From Hormiphora californensis (Eukaryota; Animalia; Ctenophora), in NCBI GenBank assembly GCA_020137815.1, contig CM035353.1:6076001-6140000 (forward strand): DNA of 64,000 bases. The letters are read 5' to 3'. The position numbers and the translations under genes were made by a program. Of this stretch, positions 24,000 to 37,145 are shown piece after piece; position 1 is the first letter of the stretch; each line of letters opens with the position of its first letter. A model generated the notes under the pieces. That model did not search any database and was not told the origin of the DNA. It worked only from the letters and a program-made list of their open reading frames with translations.

Positions 24000-26835
24000 C
24001 AGGGTGTGAACTGCATGTCGTGTTTGCTAGTCGCGAGCGCGCTTGCGAGACAAGCAAACACGTCAAGGTTCATTAACAAGCATGCTGCTCAGTCATTTTA
24101 GATTTAATACACAATGTAAGGATACCATGTAATAGGTGAGACTCTTGCCGTCACCCTCGTTCAAGTCCCGTGAAAAACGGAGCAGTACACGCAAACTGAT
24201 GCCCATTTTCCTCGCGTGACCCCGATTCAGCAGTTTGAGACACCAACTCTTTCGGGGGCCATATCTCAGGAACCAGACAAGATAGGAAAAATCGCCGTCT
24301 AATGAGGCGTACAGTTTTTAATCTAGTTTACCACTGTACCGGCCGTTTCACTCTCCGACCTAAAACAAAAATCGCAACCCCACAAAACTTCAAAATAATG
24401 AAATTCGCATCTCGCGTGTCGTGTTGCATGTCGTGTTGCATGTCGTGTCATGTTATTGACGCGCTCGCGTTCAACTCTCACACAGCAGCTGCAGAACATG
24501 GCGGGAAACATCGAGGAGTAGAGAGAGGGTCGGTGCCGAATCAAATATTTCTTGATCTTGATCTACTCCATCTCTCAGCTATCCTACCACTCATCAACTC
24601 GATCTCTCAGCTACACTACCCCTCATCTACTCCATCTTTCAGCTACCCTACCCCTCATCTACTCCATCTTTCAGCTACCCTACCCCTTATCTAGTCCATC
24701 TCTCAGCTACCCTACTCCTCATCTACTCCATCTCTCAGCTTCCCTATTAGGGAAGCATAGAGATGGAAACGATTAGGGGTAGGGAATCCCTATCCATTTA
24801 ATCGTTTCCATCTCTATGCTTCCCTAGCCCTCATCAACTCCATCTTTCAGCTACCCTACCCCTAATCTAGTCCATCTCTCCGCTACCCTACTCCTCATCT
24901 ACTCCATCTCTCAGCTACCCTACCTCCCATTTACTCCATCTCTCAGCTACCCTACCTCCCATTTACTCCATCTCTCAGCTTCCCTACCTCCCATTTACTC
25001 CATCTCTCAGCTTACCTACCTCCCATTTACTCCATATCTCAGCTTCCCTACCTGCCATTTACTCCATCTCTCAGATACCCTACCTCCCATTTACTCCATC
25101 TCTCAGCTTACCTACCTCCCATTTACTCCATCTCTCAGCTTCCCTACCTCCCATTCACTCCATCTCTCAGCTTCCCTACCTCCCATTTACTCCATCTCTC
25201 AGCTACCCTACCTCCCATTTACTCCATTTCTCAGCTTCCCTACCTCTCATTTACTCCATCTCTCAGCTACCCTACCTCTCATTTACTCCATCTCTCAGCT
25301 ACCCTACCTCCCATTTACTCCATCTCTCAGCTACCCTACCTCCCATTTACTCCATCTCTCAGCTTACTTACCTCCCATTTACTCCATCTCTCAGCTTCCC
25401 TACCTCCCATTTACTCCATCCCTCAGCTTCCCTACCTGCCATTTACTCCATCTCTCAGCTACCCTACCACCCATTTACTCCATCTCTCAGCTTTCCTACC
25501 TCCCATTTACTCCATCTCTCAGCTTCCCTACCTCCCATTTACTCCATCTCTCAGGGGTAGGAATGTTAGGATAAATGAGAGATGGAGTAAATGGGAGGTA
25601 AGGAAGCTGAGAGATGGAGTAAATGGGAGGTAGGGAAGCTGAGAGATGGAGTAAATGGGAGGTAGGGAAGCTGAGAGATGGAGTAAATGGGAGGTAGGGA
25701 TGGAGTAAATGGGAGGTAGGGAAGCTGAGAGATGGAGTAAATGGGAGGTAGGGAAGCTGAGAGATGGAGTAAATGGGAGGTAGGGTAGCTGAGAGATGGA
25801 GTGAATGGGAGGTAGGGTAGCTGAGAGATGGAGTAAATGGGAGGTAGGGAAGCTGAGAGATGGAGTGAATGGGAGGTAGGGAAGCTGAGAGATGGAGTAA
25901 ATGGGAGGTAGGTAAGCTGAGAGATGGAGTAAATGGGAGGTAGGGTATCTGAGAGATGGAGTAAATGGCAGGTAGGGAAGCTGAGATATGGAGTAAATGG
26001 GAGGTAGGTAAGCTGAGAGATGGAGTAAATGGCAGGTAGGGAAGCTGAGAGATGGAGTAAATGGGAGGTAGGGTAGCTGAGAGATGGAGTAAATGGGAGG
26101 TAGGGTAGCTGAGAGATGGAGTAGATGAGGAGTAGGGTAGCTGAGAGATGGACTAGATAAGGGGTAGGGTAGCTGAAAGATGGAGTAGATGAGGGGTAGG
26201 GTAGCTGAAAGATGGAGTAGATGAGGGGTAGGGTAGCTGAGAGATCGAGTTGATGAGTGGTAGGATAGCTGAGAGATGGAGTAGATCAAGATCAAGAAAT
26301 ATTTGATTCTGCACCGACCCTCTCTCTACTCCTCAATGTTTCCCGCCATGTTCTGCAGCTGCTGTGTGAGAGTTGAACGCGAGCGCGTCAATAACATGAC
26401 ACGACATGCAACACGACATGCGAGATGCGAATTTCATTATTTTGAAGTTTTGTGGGGTTGCGATTTTTGTTTTAGGTCGGAGAGTGAAACGGCCGGTACA
26501 GTGGTAAACTAGATTAAAAACTGTACGCCTCATTAGACGGCGATTTTTCCTATCTTGTCTGGTTCCTGAGATATGGCCCCCGAAAGAGTTGGTGTCTCAA
26601 ACTGCTGAATCGGGGTCACGCGAGGAAAATGGGCATCAGTTTGCGTGTACTGCTCCGTTTTTCACGGGACTTGAACGAGGGTGACGGCAAGAGTCTCACC
26701 TATTACATGGTATCCTTACATTGTGTATTAAATCTAAAATGACTGAGCAGCATGCTTGTTAATGAACCTTGACGTGTTTGCTTGTCTCGCAAGCGCGCTC
26801 GCGACTAGCAAACACGACATGCAGTTCACACCCTG
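24000..26835. mobile_element. 2.8-kb Foldback-type element: ~550-bp unique TIRs continued by inverted 31-32-bp minisatellite arrays
   Basis: CAGGGTGTGAACTGCATGTCGTG... is mirrored to ...GTTCACACCCTG, flanked by ATATA on both sides. No coding capacity. Confidence 0.9.
24560..26285. repeat. 32-bp minisatellite, + orientation to ~25553 and inverted from ~25577
   Basis: Unit TCAGCT(A/T)CCCTACCTCCCATTTACTCCATCTC. Confidence 0.95.
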
Positions 26836-26954
26836 ATATATAAGTATGATAAAAGTTAGTTATTTGTTAGATATTTGTCTCGAGAAATTCATTAGTTTCA
26901 CCCAGGCGAATAAAACTTCGGTGTATCGGGTATGATAATCGTAAAATTAAAATA

Positions 26955-27430
26955 CTATGCGGTGGATTTAGCCAAGAATTTAACGACGTGCTTATCTAGG
27001 TGGTGCTTTAATTTAAAGTCTTTCCCACAATGTGGACAAGGCCACTGCATTGGAGGCACATTGCACACCCGGGCGATGTGTTGGGCAAGGCCATCAGGGG
27101 TTTTCAGGAAATCATGGTAACCACTTGGGAACTGAGCCCGGGGTGGTGCACCGGCACGACAGAAACTTTGGAGTTGGGACCCTTTGGCTCTCCAGTTCTG
27201 CAACCTCCTCGCCGCCTCCCTGCATAGCTCTGTTCTATCTCTCTGTGTACTGTAGGTCTTCACACTTCTCCTTGTCACAAGGAGTTGGTCCTCCACAATT
27301 CTGGCATGTGTCTCTATCTTTCTTCTTCTTCAAAAGGACCCATGTTAACTGGATCAGGTGAACAGTGTCGGAAAGCAGAGGATTCATCACCAGGTCTCTG
27401 AAGACACGAAGGGCACCCCAGTATCAGATA
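26955..27430 (-). pseudogene. Degenerate Cys-rich/C2H2 zinc-finger gene fragment (partial paralog at ~19885-20235)
   Basis: WPCPHCGKDFKLKHHLDKH finger, with upstream CPSC and CQNC in shifted frames. Confidence 0.5.
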
Positions 27431-30096
27431 AACGTCCACAAGTTCTTTGTGTTCCCGAGGGGTTAGGTTACTCTGTATCATTGTGTTGTTAATATAGGTT
27501 GTATTGGTTATATATACATATATATAATATAAATTTAAACAGCTACATCTACATTTCCAAACATAAAATATGGTCAAAATCGCACGTGCTGGAAAATATA
27601 ATCATGTACTTTGAAGCAGGGGACAATATCTTTGAGTTCCGATACCCGTATTTACCCACGAATATTAGAAAGCCTGAGTCCATGGAACAATTTGTTCTCC
27701 CCAATTACCTCCCGCACAACAACTTGTCCGAACTCCCCAAAGGCTATAACCTCACCGTAAAATTCATGATCTTTATCGAACATGATAGAAACATGATAGA
27801 TAGATGTGCAACTTCCAATATGGTTTGATGCCTTCAAAAAAAGTTTTTGGTTGCACGCCTCTCCTATATAGTGTTATGGAGAGAGGCCTTGGAGGAAGTA
27901 AATTTGAGGATGATATAACTCCCCCATTATTATAACTCCCTGTAACTCGTGCTGTGCCCGACGGTATTGTTTTGGCATTAGTTAATAGTCTAGTCCGTAC
28001 AACTTTTTACCGAGGGAAAATATCCCAACACATTACGAAGATGCATTCGGTATCAAAGGCGTCAACACAATGGGTACCGGGTCCTTAGTCCTTCCAATGT
28101 AAGGAGTGTGGAAAAAGATCTTCTCAAGTCTCTGAAAGCCTAATGGTTTGAACACGATCTAGCGTTCAATATTCGCATTTTACTTACCGGTAATATTTAT
28201 TAATTGAGAGATTTCATGGTATCAATATATATTTTCTAACATGCTACCACTTAATATAAATAATTTATCCATAATGGTACAGCTAACATGAACAGCTAAC
28301 CGGCAGAAAGTCTCCTAACGAATGTACTGGTGCTCCACTCTTGTCGTGCAGGTTGCCTCCAAGGTGCAGCCGTCGAATTGCCGTTCTGGAATTCCACGTA
28401 GATTTTTTTGGGGGGAGAGTGCTCCCGTAAACAATCTTTGATGCTGAGTGTTCTCAGTTGTTATTGAAATATTTGTAACAAAACCCAAAATCAACCTCCC
28501 CTCCCCCACACATATATTACTTACATATTCATAAGTGTAGTATCTATTACGTATCCATGCATCTCGTGTTAACTTAACGTTGTTTGCTTTGCCCCTCAGA
28601 AACTGCATCTCAGTTCTGAAAAGAATTAATTTTCAATGTCAATTCTTTTAAAACCTTAATTAAACTTCCTGAATCCCTTAAATCATTATCCATGAATATA
28701 CCAATTCGGTCGTTTGGGGGGGGGGGGACATGTTAATTTTGTTAACTTTGTTAATATTAACATCGAGAAAAAAGGTGATTTATTAACAAAATTAACAAAA
28801 AGTTAACAAACTTAATCCGTATTGGTTGTCATGAAACTTCCTATCGAGGTGTAGGTCGAATTCCATGTGCCATAACATTAGTCTCTCAAACAATCTTTAC
28901 AGGCACGGAAGAAGTGCTATAACCCGGCTTATTAGGTTTTGTGAGGAGATATCACTGGTTCTGCTTTGTTGTCACTCAGAGCCCAAGCAGTATCTGCCTC
29001 TAACTGGGTATGGAGTAGGGATATGGCTGGGTCGTGTGTGCCTCATCATGTCACAGTGTGTGTGTGTGTGTGTCACGATTCATTGGCCACATTTGTGAAG
29101 TTGATGAAATCGCACCAAGCAGTAACGCGCGGAGCAGTTCTCTGTATTGAGAGTGCGCGCAACACGCATCACAGACATGTGCTCCCCCCTCTCGCATATT
29201 CTCCCGCGTTCTCTTATCTCCAACTCTAGTCGAGTGTTGACTGTCACGTTACAGCCTGTATGGCGGAGCCATACCCCATTTGATTCTCAAATTGACAGTG
29301 CACTCAGATGGGTCGCGGCGCCAGACAGGTTACAGCTGTGTCTGTTCATTGTCTTCTGATTGATATTCTGCCACATGTTTCCTAATTGTGCTTTATTTTG
29401 TTCACAGTGAATTTATTTTTCATATAGTAATTGAGTAGTGAACTTCACTACTCAATTACTATATGAAAAATGAATTATTGCTAAAAGTTGACTATCATTA
29501 TGTACGCCCTCAGCCAAGGACATGTTAATTTGTTGTAACGAGTACGACTAATTAATAGTTATATGGTGTATGAAGATAAAATGTGGGGTAACACAACAAT
29601 GCCAACGATATCTCTCGCCCTCTTATATATCACTGTCCGGCTTCCGAATCCATATAAAAGTTCGTGCATGATCTACTGATAGTGATAGCAATAGATCAAC
29701 CAGCATGATAAGGGCTCGCACACACACACACCCGCAACCGCCCCTCCTAAGTTCAAAAGTGACGGTTGTAGTTAGGTCTCCTTCGGTTTCCTCGCGAAGC
29801 CCGAGTAGAGTTTTCCTCTCGTCTACGTAGTAGGGCTATCGGGCGTCGAATTAGCGAAACAAGTTCCTCCAAGTCCAACGAGGTGGTGGAGCTAGAAGGG
29901 ACATGCATAGTTTGGGTAGTTGCGTCGACGGTACCTCCTGCTTCGTCTTTTAACATTCGCTCTAGTTCAGATACAAGATCCATGCAATGCCTGGAGGGAG
30001 AGAAATGGGTAACAATATAAAACCACAATACAATATTGCTATGCTTGAAGAGAAAATAAAGATAAAATTGTGTGTATAGTAAACAGTCTCGGCTCG

Positions 30097-30098
<2 letters not shown>

Positions 30099-30167
<69 letters not shown>
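30099..30167. repeat. (CT)n microsatellite
   Basis: Direct reading. Confidence 0.95.
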
Positions 30168-30172
<5 letters not shown>

Positions 30173-30451
30173 GGTATCGGTACATATAATCTAAGAGCTG
30201 TCAGAGCATTGGCCTGACCCATTCTCGCTTCTCTCAACTGTGGTCAGAGCATTGGCCTGACAGTCTAAGAGGCATTCAGTCACCTTGCTCTGTCCCTTAA
30301 CTTTGGATCTCTCATGTTTCACGTCCATTGGCCCTTGAACAACGTGAACAACAACGTCTGTGAGGGAGCTCATCTTTCCCTTCACATCTCCCAAACTCAT
30401 TGTTAGGGGGGCCGGGTCTACCAGGAAGGTTATTCCGACACTTTCTCCCTG

Positions 30452-31013
30452 AACAAGAATTATTGCATTATGTATTCATAATGCTGTGTTTCCCTGCCCT
30501 ACCGTTTCACATGTCAGTGACATTGTCACTGCCAACAGGATCAAGGCTTGGTCATAATGTAATGTGAGATGCATACGATCTAGCTGTCAGTGTACTTCTC
30601 ACATAGCTTAGAGTTAGCTAACTCCCAATCACATGACACTTGCTAACCAGCTTTTGACATTCCAACTTAACTACTTATCTAACATCTCACACTCGACTCG
30701 CAAGATGAAAATGTGTATGTAACACGCGAAACGCGCGGCAGAGCATTTCATGTTTTGTTGAGTGGCCCGCGCACACACGTCCATCAAACTGTGTCAATGA
30801 GGTGTTTGATGAAGGAGTAGCTCGTCACTGTGCGCGCGGCTCTAGTTGCTACACCGTTGCCCTCGCAACGAAAGTGTGACCAAAAAATGTCCCTCTACCG
30901 ATTAGTTAGTATACCAAAATGTCGTTTTCGAATTCTAACCCTGCTATGCCTTTTTACAAAGTAAAAAGGCATCCGGGTGAATGCCTTCGGCATTCACCCG
31001 GGCAGGGAAAAAA
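30452..31013 (-). mobile_element. Helentron-associated (HINE/DINE-1-like) element, copy 2
   Basis: AACAAG end, hairpin, sub-TIR TTTCCCTGCCC, then double hairpin and GGGCAGGGAAA. No TSD. Confidence 0.75.
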
Positions 31014-31425
31014 TTTAATGGACGAGGGTTAGGAAAAAGTTAAAAGTACCCCGTATCGGTCGTTATAAGTCGTTATTTTTCGTTATTTCACACTAAACAC
31101 CACAATTTAAAAGTCCCATATAAATCACTAGTCCACATTGCCCCGTCCTGTGACCACATTGCCCCACCGTCCAAATCTATCCTACTATAAACATGTTGTG
31201 AGTGTCTATGTTCTGAAGCTGGTGGTACATTGTGTGTGAACCACTTCCATCACCACCTTCTTTGATCTTTACATGGATTTTGGGTGGCATGGTGATGTTG
31301 GTTGCAATACAGATTGATTGGATGGTGAAATTTAGGCTATCTTGAAATGAAACCCGCCTACCACCTAAAATGGAAACAAAATGGATTAGCTGTTGTTTGA
31401 AAGATTGACAGAATCAGAGAGACAA

Positions 31426-32370
31426 TTACCTATTTCTATTGAAGGAAGGGCCAAGGTACTTGTACTCACTCGCCTGCTCGATCTTTTGTCCTTTAAATAT
31501 GAGTTTTGTCCTATATATATGAGTTTCGGGCTTTGTGGGGGGGGGGGGGCTTTGTGATGTTAGTAGGCCACTCGTTTTATGGGTGTATAGGACGAACTTG
31601 GTCTTGCCGGTGTTTAGCTCCAAGCCTAATCTGTCGCACCATTTGGAGACTTGATCAAGGACCCATTGCGTTCTCCTGATGAGAATGTTCACATTCTTTC
31701 CTTCTACTAATGATGCCATGATGTCATCAGCCTGGGCCTGCAGATGCTCCTTGGTGTTCACTGTAGTCAGGAGGTCTCTTGTGGTCATGTTCCATTTTAG
31801 GGGCATAGCGACGTTGCCTTGTGTTCCTCCTGGGAGCTGATGTCTCTTAGTAGTGTGGTCTTCTACATGTGTAGTTCGATCTCTCATGTATAACAAGAAC
31901 TCTTCGAAGACAGACATTATTGAGGGTTCGGATCCATGCTTCTCCATTGCAACAATTAGCTCGTTCTTTATTACCTTGTCAAATGCGCCCCGGATGTCTA
32001 GGTACAGTACTAGCGCTACAGATCGTTTGGCTAATGCCTCTTCTATTCTTGCGCACAATTATTATACAAGTATTATACTGTCAACGCGTCCTCACTTCCC
32101 TTTCCCGGGATAAAACTGTATTGAAGGTCGTGCAACCGGTTGTATATATGTCCCCTGTTGTGCGTTGATAGCGGATTAACAACTTTTCTAGGTTCCCCGG
32201 TTTTCTCAGGAGAATTCCTTTTGTCTTCAGCCATTGTTCCGGAATCGTTCCAAGGATTATATGCCATCCTTCAGGATGCTTTCCAAGTATTCCTGGATGG
32301 CTGGTAGGACAATGTCTAACATTTTCCATTGGATGGTGTCTGGACCTGCAGCTGACTTCTTATTTGAGCC
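31426..32370 (-). pseudogene. Non-LTR retrotransposon reverse transcriptase, frameshifted
   Basis: KSAAGPDTI, LQYSFIPGKGSEDAL, LYLDIRGAFDKV, GGTQGNVAMPLKWN, QADDI, YKYLG. Confidence 0.85.
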
Positions 32371-32673
32371 TACTTAGTGCAACAGTGCAGCAAATTAATC
32401 TATGGATGAGTAGAGCTCGACTTGTTTGGTCCTGTGCGCATCAGTCTCAAAATTTTCGTACACTGCATTGAACATTTTCTCATGACGACTATCAAAGTTG
32501 TAAACTCCAAACTTGGTGAACTCTTCAAAACAAACATACGATCGGATTGGTGATAGATCGGATACCAGAGACACTCTGACACAAGCTTATTCTCCAACAG
32601 CGGGTAGTGTACTCAAGAAACTCAGTATGGTCAAGAGGGTGGCCTCGCTTAGTTTTCAGTGCACCAGTAGCTA

Positions 32674-35600
32674 TTAGGAACGATCCAAGAATGTGCCTGT
32701 AGACGCAGCTGAGGGCAAAGAAAACATGTCGGTGTTAATGTACAACTTGCAACAGCGAAATAGGGCGTTACTCATTTCAATTTCATCGTTGAAGAACTGC
32801 GTCAGAAGATCAAAGTTATAGCAGATGATTAAGGCTAGCTCTGTGTTCTTACCGAAGCGTGCAATGGTCGGGTTGAAGAGTGTGTCATCGAAACCGTTCT
32901 CTTTGAGGAATGACAGAAACAAAGGCCTAGCGGAGTAACTCTGGTTTTTTGGTGAGGATCCAACGTTTTTTGTAAAAGCATAAATCATGATCATGAACGC
33001 ACTAGAAGATTCGGTGAAGAAACCTTTGTTGAACTCCCTGCTCACATGCTGCTTGTAACCAATAATGTTTTCATACGCAATAAGGACCTGTTCAGTGGCA
33101 GTGGTGAATGCGGGAGAGACATGTGCATTATAACAGTGGATCCATATTAACTCATCGGTGCACTTATAGTCTTTACGAGGCTTGTTAAGAATGTAAGACA
33201 AAGATGGTAGAACGTTCAATTTTCCACCGGACTTCTCAGCTATCCTTATAGCAGTTTTATCACCCCAATCTAGCCCCTTAGGCAGCTCCCATCATTGATG
33301 ATGAGAGGATTGATGGTTCGTGGGTCAGTTCTAACAAGGAGTGAGGGAAATTTAGCATCTTTATCTGCATTCAAATCACCACTCACCTCACCACCATTCA
33401 CCTCATCACCATCATCAGCCTGACTGCAGCTTGCCAAGAGATCATAATCATCTTTAAGACGCTCATACTTCAATTTTAAGTGTTTTATCTGCTCGGTTAA
33501 CTTATATTCTTATCCACCAAGCTGAGCCAATATCTGGGCTGTTGAGGGCCACAAACATTTCCTTCTGGACTGTGGCATCCTCGTTGGAGGCGTCATGGGT
33601 GAACCGGTCATGGTACCGCTCCATCTTGCTCCCATACGTTTCCACTATGGCCTCGCTACACCCCATGGTTAACAGGTAGAAGAGGAGCTCGACTACGGGG
33701 GTGGGTGCCTCATGCCATTACCCTGGGCCATACCTTACACCGCATCCTCAAGAGATTGGCCGTTCTTCATGGCCTCGTGGAGACTGAGCTAGCTCTGTGT
33801 TCTTACCGAAGCGTGCAATGGTCGGGTTGAAGAGTGTGTCATCGAAACCGTTCTCTTTGAGGAATGACAGAAACAAAGGCCTAGCGGAGTAACTCTGGTT
33901 TTTTCGAGAGGCGTTTTTTGTAAGAGCATAAATCATGATCATGAACGCACTAGAAGATTCGGTGAAGAAACCTTTGTTGAACTCCCTGCTCACATGCTGC
34001 TTGTAACCAAGAATGTTTTCATACGCAATAAGGACCTGTTCAGTGGCAGCGGTGAATGCGGGAGAGACATGTGCATTATAACAGTGGATCCATATTAACT
34101 CATCGGTGCACTTATAGTCTTTACGAGGCTTGTTAAGAATGTAAGACAAAGATGGTAGAACGTTCAATTTTCCACCAGACTTCTCAGCTATCCTTATAGC
34201 AGTTTTACCACCCCAATCTAGCCCCTTAGGCAGCTCCAATTCTTGATCAAAAGCTACGTTTCCGATTATCATCAACACTCCAATGACATTTCTGCCGGAC
34301 ATACCTAGCGAGTGTAGCAAGATGATAGTTTTGATGATGAGAGGATTGATGGTTCGTGGGTCAGTTCTAACAAGGAGTGAGGGAATTTAGCATCTTTATC
34401 TACATTCACATCACCACTCACCTCACCACCATTCAAATCATCACCACCATCAGCCTGACTGCAGCTTGCCAAGAGATCATAATCATCTTTAAGACGCTCA
34501 TACTTCAATTTTAAGTGTTTTATCTGCTCGGTTAACTTATATTCTTATCCACCAAGCTGAGCCAATATCTGGGCTGTTGAGGGCCACAAACATTTCCTTC
34601 TGGACTGTGGCATCCTCGTTGGAGGCGTCATGGGTGAACCGGTCATGGTACCGCTCCATCTTGCTCCCATACGTTTCCACTATGGCCTCGATACACCCCA
34701 TGGTTAACAGGTAGAAAAGGAGCTCGACTACGGGGGTGGGTACCTCATGCCATTACCCTGGGCCATACCTTACACCGCATCCTCAAGAGATTGGCCGTTC
34801 TTCATGGCCTCGTGGAGACTGAGCTAGCCCTGTGTTCTTACCGAAGCGTGCAATGGTCGGGTTGAAGAGTGTGTCATCGAAACCGTTCTCTTTGAGGAAT
34901 GACAGAAACAAAGGCCTAGCGGAGTAACTCTGGTTTTTTGGTGAGGATCCAACGTTTTTTGTAAAAGCATAAATCATGATCATGAACGCACTAGAAGATT
35001 CGGTGAAGAAACCTTTGTTGAACTCCCTGCTCACATGCTGCTTGTAACCAATAATGTTTTCATACGCAATAAGGACCTGTTCAGTGGCAGTGGTGAATGC
35101 GGGAGAGACATGTGCATTATAACAGTGGATCCATATTAACTCATCGGTGCACTTATAGTCTTTACGAGGCTTGTTAAGAATGTAAGACAAAGATGGTAGA
35201 ACGTTCAATTTTCCACCAGACTTCTCAGCTATCCTTATAGCAGTTTTACCACCCCAATCTAGCCCCTTAGGCAGCTCCAATTCTTGATCAAAAGCTACGT
35301 TTCCGATTATCATCAACACATTTCTGCTGGACATACCTAGCGATTGTAGCAAGATGATAGTTTTGATGATGCGAGGATTGAGGTAGGCGGTAAATGTTAA
35401 CCAGATCTGTGAGAATTTCGCACGTTTTTCCCCATAACTCAGCCATTTCTTGACCAATTTGCAAAATCTTTGGCTCATTGGAAAGAGGACATTGAGATCT
35501 CTCAAATGAGCTCAAGAAAATGAAAATTGGCGCAAATTGCGCGGCGTGGTGGCGAAAACGCGCGTTTTGCGCCATGACGCCGCGCATTTTGCGCCGATTT

Positions 35601-35820
35601 TAGTTTTATTGGGCTCATTTGAAAGAGCTCAATGTCCTCTTTCCAACCCGCCCAAGATTTTGCAAATTGGTCAAGAAATGACTGAGTTATGGACAAAAAC
35701 GTGGTTTTGCACGTACGTTTTCTCTCAGATCTGGTTAACATTTACCTACCGAGGATTGATGGTTCGTGGGTCAGTTCTAAAAAGGAGGGGGGGGGGGGTT
35801 TGGAATTTTGCCTGGGCTCT
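32674..35820 (-). repeat. About 3 tandem units of ~1 kb, each carrying a putative DDE transposase fragment
   Basis: Anchor CTGTGTTCTTACCGAAGCGTGC recurs at about 32840, 33795 and 34830. ORFs contain WIHCYNAH and IARFG, reminiscent of the C..H and RW motifs of hAT/MULE/P-type enzymes. Confidence 0.7.
35382..35750. mobile_element. MULE-type palindromic MITE
   Basis: TIR GGTAGG..TAAATGTTAACCAGATCTG and 9-bp TSD GAGGATTGA. Empty sites in the other tandem units (~33304, ~34341). Confidence 0.9.
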
Positions 35821-36359
35821 CTAGTAGATAATAAATTATAAATCTGTGTTCTTTTCGAATCGAGCTCTAGTTACTCAACAACTTTACCCAGTGTAACTCA
35901 GTTTTGTTTCTGGGGGACCAACGTTTTTCGAGATGGCATAAATCATGAATGTACCAGAAGAGTCAGAAAAGAATAGGTTATAATTCCCGGAAAGTAGGGA
36001 TTCTTCACCCACCCATTCATAGCGATATGTCTCACGCATGAGTGCTGTCGTGCTGAAACTTAGCCAGATGATGGTGCCATACCACAATACCAACATAAAA
36101 AAATCATATAACTCTGTAGTCTGCTGCGGTACGTTGTGGTAATATATTGCAAAAGACCAATGGTAATATATTGTATATAATTGCGTTTTCCTTGCGTTTT
36201 CCTTGCGTTTTCCTTGCGTAATCCTTGCGCTTTTTGGAAAATGGAGAAACCCGTGAGTACCTATAATAAGGCCAAGTTTCACGGCAAGGGACGACCGTTA
36301 TTCTAGCCTAGCTAATTTACCTAGCCTAGCTAATTTACCGGAATTGAATGGCTATCTTC

Positions 36360-36640
36360 AGGTAGGATTTGTGAGCCCCAGTTACCACCGGTGAAATATC
36401 ATGGTGTGCGGCCCACGCAGGAATCGAGGGGAACAAGATTGCTGACAAACTGGCAAAAGCGGCAGCGATTCTTGACCCCATCCCCCAGGACAACGAGTCC
36501 ACCAGAATTTCTTTCACGGTAGTCAAGGCAGCGGCACGATACGTCTCAACAGAAATAACTTCCAACCTAATGGACGAGCTCAAAACAAATCGGAATAGCT
36601 CTAACCACTTGATAGGGTACATGCGAGAACTTATTGATCA
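36360..36640 (+). pseudogene. RNase H C-terminal fragment of a LINE
   Basis: EISWCAAHAGIEGNKIADKLAKAAA. Confidence 0.75.
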
Positions 36641-36799
36641 ACTCCACAATCAGCAATTTCATCAAAATCAGATAAAGGGATTCAGCGCTGTGTAAACTTT
36701 ATCTCTAACAGAGGAAATTTGAAGGTCTTTCTGCACAGGACCTAGATCCGGTGTTCTAAGACCTCCTCCTACCAGCACTATAATACCCAGGACAGTATA

Positions 36800-36985
36800 T
36801 TTTGTTACGGCCATTTTGCCTGGGTACAACACTAATAATATAACAACACCAACATTGTGGAGAGCTTCAACTCCGTTCTCTGGACGTTCATACCAAAGTC
36901 AAAGTTCCACGGGAAAACTCGCCACCATGTTGGCTCTCATGGTCTACCAGAACGGATCACTGCATTGGGAGAGGTTATGACCTAA
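36800..36985 (+). pseudogene. Mutator-like transposase catalytic-E fragment
   Basis: TNIVESFNSVLWTFIPKSKFHG matches the TN..ESFNS..W...PK motif. Confidence 0.6.
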
Positions 36986-37145
36986 ACCTCCAGCAATCTC
37001 CTCTACATTAGCTAGAATAGTTTATTTGTTTACTGATAGGGATAAAGAGAAAATGAGGTAAACTTCAAGAAGAGTAGAGCCACTCTCCGGAGTTAGAAAA
37101 GAGTATATTGTATTGACCCCAGTTTATTACATATGTTTCACATAC

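Noticed and set aside
24560-26295. 32-bp array as a CRISPR, or as the 255-aa ORF 25528-26295
   Set aside because: No unique spacers, no cas genes, eukaryotic context. The ORF is just the translated minisatellite.
27560-28160. Possible MULE transposase remnant (SCFYHV) on the minus strand
   Set aside because: Too many stops and frameshifts to support from a single short motif.
29753-30169. RE-repeat protein ORF
   Set aside because: The N-terminus is the translated (CT)n microsatellite.
30191-30450. Possible LTR-retrotransposon aspartic protease (ITFLVD.G) on the minus strand
   Set aside because: Motif is broken (VDP), and no RT, integrase or LTRs are nearby. Too weak to call.
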